Shown one piece after another: positions 40,301 through 51,899 of a stretch of DNA of 64,000 nucleotides; the first letter of the stretch is position 1; every line of letters begins with the position of its first letter. The notes beneath the pieces were generated by a model. That model ran no database searches. It had not been told where the DNA came from and was given only the letters and a program-made list of their open reading frames with translations. This stretch comes from Sminthopsis crassicaudata (lineage: Eukaryota), in contig NC_133617.1 in NCBI RefSeq assembly GCF_048593235.1, forward strand, positions 133,508,937 through 133,572,936. Direction: 5' to 3'. The position numbers were made by a program, and so were the translations under genes.

Positions 40301-42165
40301 AAAAGGAAATAGAATTTCTGATTAAAGGAGAACCTCCAGTGCATTTGGTTGCTCTTTTACAGACAATTTTTGGTAAGATGGACAAAAATTGCCCAGGAAT
40401 CTGGGTGAATGGAATGTGACCTATATTTAAACATTTTTATAAAAAAAGTTCTCATTCATACAACAAATGCTACCACCCTACTTTATTTCTGCCATTGCTG
40501 AAAATTAAAATTTTGCATTATTTCTCACTAAACTGCAGAAAGTACAAAGGTAAATTGTTAGTTAAGAAGCTATGGAAGCTACTTGAAATCTTTCAGTTCC
40601 TACAAAGATGGATTTTCCTTGCCAATGGAAATTACTATGGTTAAGTTAGATATGTCCTCTGACACCTTAGTGATCAGCTTTTTTTAGCCAGAGAAGCTTA
40701 TCTTCTAACCCTTATTAGCTGTAACTACAGCCCATGGAGTAGAGAGGCACACCAGACAAGATAAAGGGAGTGATAAAAAACAACAAATCTCTTAGCTCTC
40801 TGCCAACAATACCATTTTCACACAGATGTCACATTAATCTAACTACTGTCTTAATAGGAAATCTCTGGTTTTTATCTTTTGCAATTTGAAATAGATGGCC
40901 TCCTGAGTTATACTTTTTAGTATTCATACATATGGTACTTCAACCATGCTAATAGTCTCTCCCTTGAATAACTACCTTACAATGACAAAGAGTGAAAATT
41001 AAAAAAAATAAAAATGATCTTAGCTATGCTGACAGTTTTACCACTTGAGGACTAAAAGTCATTCATAGTCTCATTTAGGCTCATTAAATATCTAGAAGTT
41101 ATGCCATGATGACTTTCCCCTTTGCATTCCAAGTACCTGTTCCCTAGGGCATCCTCTTTTTCAAGTCAGCAGGAATTGTTTGTATGAAAGAGAAATAACA
41201 TGGTATTGTGAGAAAATGAAAGTTTATTTTAAATGTACTCTGAAACAAAGAATAAGTGGTTGGATGGTTCTTTTAACTGAACAATTATGTAAAACTCTAC
41301 ATTTAAATACAATTTTAAAATAGCCATATTTTATTATGCTAAGGGTATTTTCTGAGGAGATAACCACCACGGATTGGATACCTAGTTTGAAGAGGCCATT
41401 AAAGCAAGAAACATAGAAAGAATAACACATACACTTGTGTGCAGGTGTATATGCGCACACACACATGTGGAGGATGACTGAGAGTACAATCAGTTGAGAA
41501 TAGCATCAAATGGCTGATTGTGTCAAGGAGAATACCTCTTGAGAGACTGAATAAAAAGAGGAGGGGATGGAGATAATGAAAAGGGGCATAAAAAGATGAA
41601 GATAAGTATAATTGGGTACTCATTGAGAATAATCCCTGAAAGTATGAAACAAGGAAATTTGTTGAATACATATGCCTATAAAAAGTAGGAAAAAGTACAT
41701 ACTTAGGCAGCTAGATAATGCAGTGGATACAGTACCCATCTTGGAGTCAGGAAGAGCTGAGTTCAAATCCACCCTCAGATACTTAACACTTTAATAGATG
41801 TGTGATTCTGGGCAAATCACTTAATGCCAACTACCTTGCCAAAAAAAAAGTGAAGAGAAAGGGAGGAAAAGTCCATACTAAAATAGCTGCCTTTGCACCT
41901 GAGCCCAAGTGCAATTTAATAAAGATGTGTTACATACCAATTGTGTGAAGAATGTTATGCTAAAGATTAAAGATTATGGATAGGACATAATCACTTTACT
42001 CATGAAGTTTACAAACCAGTAAGGTTATTTAGCACATTATCATAAGATGTTTGGTATACAACTGAGTAAATGATGAAGCAAAATGATCTGAGAAGGAAAA
42101 AAGTTCCTTATGGGTAGCATGAACGAGCAAGGTAAATCTGAGGAATCAATCCAGAAAAAAGTATT

Positions 42166-42500
42166 AATTTTTTTATTTTCAAAACATATGCATAGTTTTC
42201 AACATTCACCCTTGCAAAACCTTGTCTTCTAACTTTTCTCCCTCTTTTTCTCCTTCCCCTCTCCTAGACAGCAAATAACCCAAAAATATTAAATGTGTAA
42301 TTTTTCTATACATATTTGCACAATTATTTTGCACAAGAAAAATCAGATCAAAGAAGACAAAAAAGGGGAAGAAAGCAAAATGCAAACAAATAACAACAAC
42401 AAAAAAAAGTGAAAATACTATGTTGTAATTCACACTCAGTCTCCACAGTCCTCTTTCTGATGCAAATAATTCTCTCCATTGGAAATAGTCTGAATCACCT
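42166..42500 (-). mobile_element. Truncated L1 3' end
   Basis: L1 3' UTR; 16-bp TSD with 2 mismatches (tccagaaaaaagtatt 42150-42165; tccagcaaaaattatt 42501-42516). Confidence 0.85.
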
Positions 42501-43569
42501 TCCAGCAAAAATTATTGGGCACCTATTATGTGTCAAGTTCTGCACTAGATATTGATAACACAGGTATGAAAAATGAAATAGTTCCTACTCTTAAGGAGAC
42601 ATTCTAACAGAAAGCTTCATGGAAGAAAAATTGCTATTAGGAGTGGGTTTTAAAAGAAGAGCAAAAATTCAAGAAAGAGAAGAAAGATATTCTACACATA
42701 AAAGACACAAGCAAAAGTTTTAAGAAAACTCCAGGGAATGAACAAAAAGACAAAGAGTAATCCAGTTTGGCCAGAATATGCCAATGAAGAGTAATATTAA
42801 AAGGCTGAAAAAGATGGGGGGCATTGGGATACATTTTATCAAGCCTTGAATGCCAAGAAAAATGTGAATTAGCACTTAATACTTTGACTTATGAGGCCAA
42901 AGCCCTCAAGTCCTCCACAATAAAAGAAAAAAAAACATTTAATTCTTTCAAAGAGGACAATGGAAAACTTTGTAGGCTAACCTGAGAACTATCATTTATA
43001 TAACACTGCTTTAAAGCACTATATTCCAAGTAGACACTCAAATGAATTTTCAGAGTACAATCTTTTCATAAATTAGAAACAAATTCTAATTAATATAGTC
43101 AAGTTTCAAGTAATCACTAGGGATCATTTATAACAAACATTCCATAATGGGTTTTCCCCTGCACCTTATATATTCCTAGATTATCTCACCTCTTAATCAC
43201 TCTTGCTGTGTACTCAGAAAATGGAAATTAATGTTAAATTTGCCTAGCTAAAAAATAAATTAAGTAAATCTACTGGAATAAAAATCATAACTAAAGCTGA
43301 ATATAAAGTTATTGTAATATCCTTTTACAAAATACAAAAAAGGTGGATCTGGAGTAGATTAGGAGGAGGAGGGTGGGAACGTTTGCATTTAAAAAATTGT
43401 GTAGAACTTTCAAATAATCCCAAAATGCCCAAGTACATCTTTTTAATACTTACAATCTCCCAGTGATACTCTGTGATCACAAATCATGGCATACCATGGT
43501 TTTAGAAGAATCAAAATCATGGGTAGATCCAAAGGTAATGAAAAGACATGGTAGGTTTAAATATACCAC

Positions 43570-43760
43570 TCTTCATGACCCCATTTAGTGTTTTCTTGGC
43601 AAAAGTGCTGGAATAGCTTGCCATTTCCTTCTCTAGATCATTTTACATATGAGGATAATGCAAACAAGGTTAAGTGACTTGCCTAGGATTACACAGCTAG
43701 TGTCTAAGCTGTAGTCAAACTAAAACACGGTCTCTATATTCCCATCTCCCATGACTTTAT
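43570..43760 (-). mobile_element. MAR1-like SINE
   Basis: catgaccccatttagtgttttcttggcaaaagtgctggaatagcttgccatttccttctc. Confidence 0.75.
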
Positions 43761-44135
43761 TCAAATTATTTCTGAAGCTTAGAATGTCCTTACTCTTGAA
43801 TTCCTATTTATCTTTTGAAGTCTCTTCTTCCATAACATTTTCCCTGATTGAATTACAACCTTTCCCCTGGATCTTGTATAGAATTTTGTTTTGCAATCTC
43901 TAATGGACATAGTAATTAGGAGTTTTTGCATTAGTACTTATCTTTCTAGACAATAGAACCCAATAGAACAAAGTCCAGGTGCCATGTAAACATTGTGTTA
44001 TATGTAAACAAACTCAAAAAGTTTAAGTTTTTTGACCAAGATCACAGAGAGCTAAAAAGCACTAAAGATGTGGTTAGAACTTAGGAAAGAGCCTATGTTC
44101 TTTGCCATTCCACTTTATATGCTGTTTTCTGTATA

Positions 44136-44136
44136 G

Positions 44137-44170
<34 letters not shown>

Positions 44171-44235
44171 TGCACAAATATATATGTTTGTGTATATATA
44201 TATATATACACAAACATAAACACATGTGTATATAA
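44136..44235. repeat. (CA)n/(TA)n microsatellite containing a perfect 36-bp palindrome (44183-44218)
   Basis: TATGTTTGTG(TA)8CACAAACATA checked base by base. Confidence 0.95.
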
Positions 44236-44249
44236 TATATAAAGATTTT

Positions 44250-44760
44250 TGTTTCTCCTTCATTCTTGAAGAGGATCAATGACATCAGGGGAGTAATGTC
44301 TTGACTGGCAAGGGAACTGGATTTAAGCGAGGCAGGGTATTACAAAATTATTAACCTCACTCTGTCATCTAGAGTCATCTGAGTACAGTGACATGATAGG
44401 GATGAAGACCACTGGAGATTACACCAGATACAGTGTGAGGCTTTGGCCTTTTTAACCTGAGGTCTTTCTAATGTGTCAGTCTGTCTGAGATAATTAAGCA
44501 CCTACTATGTGTTAAGCACATATTAAAAATATCTCATTTGATCTTCACATAAACGGAGGGAGGATAGATAATCCCCTTTTACAGTTGAAGATTTAAGGGT
44601 AGATGGCCTAAAAAAATAAAGGTGGCCTAATTTGCCCATTCAAAAAAAAATCAAACTGGAAGGGGAAGACCCTCAGTGTTTGTAGCCAGAACAGAGACAA
44701 TAATTATTTACACTCATTCAGAATGACCAAGTAAGATTTGGATTGGGATCTATTATTGGT
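44250..44760. mobile_element. Marsupial non-autonomous repeat (RTE-SINE/WALLSI-like) with a nested MIR fragment
   Basis: ccttcattcttgaagaggatcaatgacatcagg...gtcttgactggcaagggaactggatttaag; an inverse copy is at ~8520-8630. Family name uncertain. Confidence 0.45.
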
Positions 44761-46199
44761 TTTAGTGAGAGCTAGAGTGATTTGGGTTTAAGGAATGGCC
44801 AAATAGCTCCATTTGAATTCCACTGGGCTTTTTAAAAGTCTGATTTTCCAAAGCAATACATGCATAAACAAATCACTCACACATGCACACACTCACACAC
44901 ACATGTGCACAATGCAACATATTTGTGAATAGTACTAGAGTTGTTTAAATATATTTCTGCAACTTGAAAAGATACTTTGCTCCTACTTAGTAGTTAAGGA
45001 AGAAGGAAGGAAATAATCATTAATTTAGCACATATTGTGTGTCAAGTACTGTGCTAAGTGTTTTTTTTTTTTTTTAAACAAATATTATCTCATTTGATCT
45101 TCACAACAACCCTGGGAAGATTATTCCCTTTTTATAGTTGAAGAAACTTAGTCAAACAGAGGCTAGATGTCTTGCTCTTGATCATATAGCTATTAAGTAC
45201 ATTTGAATTCTGGTCTTCCTGACCTTCCCTAAACCTAAAAATCCCTAAAGCCTTAAAGGAGGATAATCTGATTTAGTTGAGGAATGGATTTAGGGCTGGA
45301 AAAGATCTCAGAAACCATGTGGTCCAATCCTTTCATTTTATGTGAGGAAGGTAAGGACCAGAGAGGTTAACAGGCTTTCCTAAATTTGCATTTGCTATAA
45401 ACTTTAGAGTTGGCATCTGAGCCTGGGTCAACCATCTCTAAAATCATATTGTTTCTGGTGTTCTGAGTCTGCCTTATAAGGTAAGACTTCTGCCTTCAAG
45501 TAGTCTTTGTTCCAATTCCAATTTTCTATCCCTTAGTGGCAATCAGTAATGATTACTTTCATGGTTGGATTTTTAGGGTTGGGTTTTTTTTGTCTGATTC
45601 CCCCCACCCAATTTGATAAAATAACTACAGATAGCATAGAAAAGGGCAAAGTCACTGGATCAAGACATATTTTATTGAAATCATTAAAGTTTTTCAGTAA
45701 GTTACTTACAGTCTCTTGTTACCATGAAAGTTGCTATAATAGAAAAAATGCTTGAATTTAAAATTCCTTCTCTGAAACAAGAACTTTCTAAACTAATATT
45801 GAAATCCATACAAGAAGTCATTCAACTACTAAGATGGATGATGAAAACAATATTTTCTTTTACTAAGAGCTCCACATTATGGCAGTTAACATTCTTCTGT
45901 TAAATGTGTGATACTCACTTGGGACATTTTGTCACAATGATCTATTAAAAGATTTGAAAACAATTCTAGGGGAAAGAATCTTGATTAGACTCTTAGAATT
46001 CCCTCTCATTTTTAGCTCAACAGTTGACATTTTGACATCCCTGTTTCACTGAAATAAAATTCTATTCCTTTTACTACAGATCACCAATTATTCTCCAAGC
46101 ATTTTAATAACAACTCATAAATTGCAAGTGGCAAAGTGTTTTGTTCAAACAACCCTGTGAAGTTGGCAGAACAGCCATTACTACTCTTATTCTAGAGAA

Positions 46200-46470
46200 A
46201 CTAAGATTCTAAAAAATAAAATAATTCTTAACACGTGGTTCCTAGTGGGGATGGCAGGGTGGGGGGTGGTAATCTGTACACATTTTGGGGGACCTATTTA
46301 ACTTAGATGGGAAAAAATTAATATTTCATTATTGTCCATTTCCTTTGTACTTTCAAGCATTTCATTTTATGCACTTTATTATTTGGAGAATAATCTACAA
46401 ACATTATTTGGAGAAGAGATCCATAGGTTTCAAACTATCAAAGAGGTCCAGAACACACAAAAAGTTATCT
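46200..46470. mobile_element. hAT-like MITE copy
   Basis: ttggagaagagatccataggtttcaaactatcaaagaggtcc resembles 40240-40290. Confidence 0.45.
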
Positions 46471-47689
46471 AGTAATCTATCTATATCCATATTTATATAT
46501 ACACATATATATATATACACACACACGCACATACACACACACATACACACACACACACACACAAACACATATATATATATATGACTCTTTATGTCACTTA
46601 CTAGAATGTTTATTTAGAGCATTGCATATATATTATTAGGCATAATGGAGTCAGGATATGGCAGATGAAAATAATATCTACTTCAAAATAGAGAAAAGAG
46701 CTTAGAAAAAGATAAGACACTCAAGTATGTAAATAATCCTTTTGGCTGAAAATAAAAAAGCTATGTGTGAATAGAAGATAAAAGTTCTCTAAATTGTCAG
46801 GAAGTAGCTATTTTGCATTATAATTAGAATCCCATAAGCAGTACTATTAGAAATCATAATAAGGTGAATGACACTGTAAAGGTGGAAAGATCCCATAACT
46901 AACAACAAGGAATAATTCAATAATGTCTGATCAAAAACATGACAGCATTTATCTATGACTGGACAAACAGGTTGAGAAAATCTAGAGAAAAATATATGTA
47001 TTTTTGGATATCAGAAAACCAGTCATTAAAAAAAAATTCTGCTGTGATACATGCTTTATCTTAGATCAAGTGAAAAATATCACAAAGCTGTTATTCTTCC
47101 TTTTTGATAAAGTTTTATAAAACTTTATATGCTATATATATATATGTTAGCATTGTTTCATGCTCACTCTTGCTACTAATATTAATTATACATGATAATT
47201 CACATTTTGAAGAATTCTAAGGTATTTGTAAAAAGATACCTTAAGGTAAATACTGTTATTATTCTTATTGAAGTAAAGGAAAATGAGATAAACAAAGATT
47301 GACTAGGAACACAAAGATGGTAAATGTTTAAAGCTGCATTTGAACTCAGGCAGCTAGCTAGGTGGCATAGGGGATAGAGAGTTAGCCCTGGATTTCAGGT
47401 GAGGGGGTATAGAGTCATCAAGTACTCTCATTTAAGAGTTATGACTTGGACCCCTGAAATGACTTATTTGATTAAGTTATTTGAAAGCACAAGGAAAATC
47501 AGAATTATATTTATTGCATATGACTGAAGTTCAGTGTTTTCTATGTAGTCTCATTAATTAAGACACAGCTTACTGTAAAAATTTGATCTTTGATGAAATA
47601 ATTCTATTTAAATTCCTGACAGCTCAAAAATTAATTCCAACTCCTTGAATTATATACCTTTGCTCTTCTAGGAAATAAGATAAATCTCT

Positions 47690-47955
47690 TCCAAGCTATC
47701 AGGATAGGTTGAAGTTGGTAGATCATTTGAGTTTAAGAGTTCTGCGCTGCAGCAACTTGAGAGCAAAGGTCAACCAATCAAGTATCCAAACTGTCATGTA
47801 CCAGTATAGAGACTTTCCTTTTCCCTGAGTCCATTCTGGGGGTGCAGGAGTTGGAGCAAGTCCATGATGGGAACAGAGAGGGATCAAAGTTTCCCAGATG
47901 ATTTGTGGTGGGGTCAACCACAGGGAGACCCAGTCACAGAATCAAATAAACAAAA
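47690..47955 (+). pseudogene. Degenerate 7SL (SRP RNA) retrocopy
   Basis: Collinear matches to vertebrate 7SL as I recall it: ccaagctatcaggataggttgaagttggtagatcatttgagtttaagagttctgcgctgcag; accaatcaagtatccaaact (GCCGATCGGGTGTCCGCACT with CpG decay); gggaacagagagggatcaaagtttccc; cacagggagacccagtc; then an A-rich tail. Confidence 0.75.
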
Positions 47956-48003
47956 CCTCTCCAAACAAGGTTGAAGCAGGATTCTCATTTAATTCTTGCT
48001 CCA

Positions 48004-48748
48004 AATTTGGAATTATGCCCATAGGGCTATCAAACTGTGTATACTCTTTGATCTAGCAGTGTTTCTACTGGGCTGGTATCCTAAAGAAATCATAAATGAA
48101 GGAAAGGGTCCCATATGTGCAAAACTGTTTGTGGCACCCCTTTTTGTAGTGGCAAAAAAACTGGAAACTGAGTGGATGCCAATCAATTGGAGAATGAGAA
48201 CAAATTATGTTATATGGATGTTATGGAATATTATTGTTCTATAAGAAATGACCAGAAGGATGATTTCAGAGAGGCCTGGAGAGACTTACTTGAACTGATG
48301 CTAAGTGAAACTAACAGAATTAGGAGATCATCATACACAGCAACAGCAAGATTATACAATGATCAATTCTGATAGACATGGCTCTCATCAACAATGAGGT
48401 GATTCAGAGAAGTTCTAGTGGTCTTGTGATGAAGAAAACCATCTGCACCCAGAGAGAGGATAGAGGGAACTGAATGTGGACCACAGCATAGCATTTTTCC
48501 TCATAGTTTGTTTGCATTTTGTTTTCTTTCTCATTTTTTTCCTTTTTGATCTGATTTTTCCTTGTGCAGCATGATATTTGTGGAAATTTGTATAGAGGAA
48601 TTGCACATGTTTAACATATATTGGAACACTAGCAAACTGGGAGAGGAAGTGGGAGAAAGGGAGGGAAAAAAACTAGAACATAGGGTTTGTCAAAAATCAT
48701 TCATGAATATATTTTGAAAATAAAAAGCTTCTATTTAAAAATTTAAAA
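48004..48748 (+). mobile_element. 5'-truncated L1 (ORF2 end plus 3' UTR)
   Basis: ORFs 47996-48372 are ORF2 C-terminal remnants; 13-bp TSD aattcttgctcca/aattcttcctcca (47991-48003, 48749-48761). Confidence 0.9.
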
Positions 48749-49379
48749 AATTCTTCCTCCATCCTGGTAAGAGCCACATAAATGAATTTCACCCATTTTC
48801 TTTTTTTCCCCTTTCTTTTGGTACTCTTTCAACAAAGTTTTTATCCTTGTGTTAAGTCCAGAGTTTGAGCCACAGCTTTTGACTCTTCTATGTTTTGGTG
48901 GAAGTAAATTTTTAGCTTAGTTTTAAAAGACTAAGTATCCAAGAAAGTTTACAATTGCAAAATTATTATAACTCTATAGTTCATCACTGCATATATTTAG
49001 ATACATATTGTATCATTAGCTACTGTTTTAAATAGCAATTAAGTTTTTCTTCCCTTTCCATCAATGTAGCACAAAGCATTATACACAGCATTTTTATTAC
49101 CCAAGGAATCATTATTCTACTTATATAAACCAGAACATTATTGCAGTAAGATCATTTAAATTTTTTGGGGGGGTGGTGCAGGAAGACAACAGTGATGTGA
49201 ATATTAACTATTTATTAAGCAGAAACTATGCATTAGTTTGGATGAAAAGTTTAACTAAAATAATGTCTCTGCTCTTGTGAAACATAAACTAGAAAGGAGA
49301 AATATGCACACACACACACATATATATATACTCATGCATATACTCGTGCACACATAAACACAAAACAAAAGAATATATA

Positions 49380-49960
49380 TTAAGTACATCAATGAAGAAA
49401 AGACTATTCTTATTTGCAGGCTACATTATAGTGTAAATTACTGAAATGATTAAAAACAAATCTTTAGGATATAAGGTAAATCCACAAAAGTGATCAGCAT
49501 ATCTAAAAGTACTAAGAAAAGCCAAGAAGAAAAAAAAATAAGATAAATTCAATTCAAATAGCAACAACTTTCACAAACTAGCTGGGAATTTACTAATTTA
49601 TATAAACACCACTATATAACACTTTATCAGTAATAAAAAAGTGCCAAATTAATGAAAAGATAATTATTGCTCATGGTTGGGTTGTGCTGATATAAAAATG
49701 ATAGAAACTGATTTACAGATTCAATTTTATGACATTTAGATTACTGAAGGGATATATTTTAGAATTAGATAAAAATAAATTTATTTGGAAGAAAAAGAGG
49801 TCTAGAATCTCAACTAAAATAATAAAGAAAATAACATCACAATTCTTTGTATTATAGAGCTATATTCCTCAAAATTATTTGGTTTTGGTTAAAACAAACA
49901 TTGGAAATAGACAAACGAGACAAAATAGATAATCAAGAAACAGAAGCAAATGGAAACAAT
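49380..49960 (+). mobile_element. Very old L1 ORF2 relic
   Basis: ctattcttatttgcaggctacattatagtgtaaattac (SLFADDM-like) and ggatataaggtaaatccacaaaagtgatcagc. Confidence 0.6.
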
Positions 49961-50802
49961 AATTTAGGGTTAAAAGCAAGTAGGAAGATCTAACTCAGGA
50001 CATTATGTAAAGCATGAATAAATGAATTAAAAAGGAAAAAACTAATATGAGAGTCCTGTAAAATCAATAGGATTTAGCAAATAATTTGATAGGGGAGGTC
50101 AAAAGAAAGGAAGAATCAAAGATAACCAAAGATTTGGAACAAAGGAGACTGAATGAATGGTGATGTCAGCAGCAGCCCAAAAAAAAAAAAGGAAGAACAT
50201 ATACTAGGAAAATTATGAGCTTAGTTTAGATTTGAGGTCTCAACGTACTGTAACAATAGACAGGTCCAGAAGGCAATTTGAAATGTAAGTTGAATGTTTA
50301 GAATGTAGGTTGAATGTTTAGAAGAGATGTCAAATTTTAATGCATTATTAAAGACTGTTTTGCCTCATCTCAGTAGTTGGAAGGGATTGAAAGATGGAAG
50401 AGTTCAATAAAGCATCAAGTTTTTACTAGTATTCTTGTTCCTTAGGCAAAGAAATAACCAGTATTAGAGTGCTTGATTATTAAAAAGAAAAACATATGAT
50501 CACTTGCCAAGCATCTTACAGAAAGGACTCTTTTCCTAGGAATAGGTTGGTTTAAGTGACCTCTGAGGCCCAGCTCTGGTTTATATGATTAGTGAATTTT
50601 AAGGGGAGTGTCAATAAAGATATTCCTTCAATTAGGATTCAGAAGAGAAGATAGTCATACACTCACAGAAGAAGTAGAAATATCAGCAACTTCACTTCAA
50701 TATCTCTGGACCTCAGTTTCCTAAATCTGTCAAGTTTGAAAATTAATTTCTTCCTAGTTTAGAGAGAACTATATAATAATGATCTAAATGGGTATGATTA
50801 TA

Positions 50803-51044
50803 GGCAGTATAGTAGATAGAGTGACAGGTCTAGAATTAGGAAAACTCATCTTTGCGAGTTCAAATCTAGCTTCAAACACTTACTAGCTGTGTGAACTTGG
50901 ACAAGGCACTTAACCTCATTTATCTCAGTTTCCTCATTTTTAAAATGAGCTGGAGAATGAAAGAGCAAACAACTCTAAAATATTTGTCAAGAAAACTCTA
51001 AATGGGGTTATGAAAACTTAGACACAACTAAAATGACTGAACAA
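50803..51044 (+). mobile_element. Near full-length MAR1-like SINE
   Basis: Head, CORE (gagttcaaatctagcttcaaacacttactagctgtgtg) and tail (gagctggagaatgaaagagcaaac...gactgaacaa). Confidence 0.8.
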
Positions 51045-51899
51045 GAGTGAAGTATGAGTAAGAAAATCTAGCTTCTAGTTCATCCTTTTCTTCTCTCTAA
51101 ATGTACTAGAAGAATTCAATCAAAATAAAATAATTATGACCTTCCCTAAATTTCAAACATTAGACTTCTTTGGTATGTCTATGAAAAATTTCCAACAGCT
51201 TGTCATTTATCAGGCAACATGTATTTTATCAAGTACTTACTGTGTGCCAGGTTATATACTGGGAAGAACACCTTTACTCCCTTAAACTATTTCTTTCCAC
51301 TAACACATTGTAGAGGCATTGCTCTCTGCCACCAAATGTAAAACTTTTTATTGATAAATGCTGTGGGGACAAGGGCATACAGACAAGGATACTATATAAG
51401 TTTTCTCTTATTCCCCATTTCAATGTTTCAGTCATAGTGGGTCCCTAGGCTCTCCAAAGCTTCTGCAAAATGAGAGAAAACATTAGCAGGTATCTTACAT
51501 GCTAAAAGCTTCCAGGTACCATTAAATGCATCTGGGCATTTAAAATTTAAAATCTGGCCAATGAAGAAGGGTGCTTTCCCAGAACCAGCCTAGGTAAGGA
51601 AATAAAGACTCATCATTAGTAAGCTGGTTATATAGTGATGAATTACTTTACTGTAGCAATCTATAAAATAAAATATAAAAACAAAAGGGTCCATGGTGTT
51701 ACATGGTCTGCAAATGCTTCTTTAGTGATAGGGATGACGTAGTAGAAGGAGAAAATGAGGGTGCTACAAATCAAGTTTTTAGGTCACTATAAACATTAAA
51801 TACTACTCTAAATATAAAGATCCTTGTCCCAAGATCAACAAGTTGTTATACAAGAGGAAATGAATCTTACTATGAATGAAATTACAAGACAATTAAATG

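Noticed and set aside
37847-50320. Short tandem duplications: (GTGATAT)n at ~37847-37876 and a 20-bp unit x2 at 50282-50320
   Set aside because: Ordinary slippage products with no further structure; not CRISPR-like or satellite arrays.
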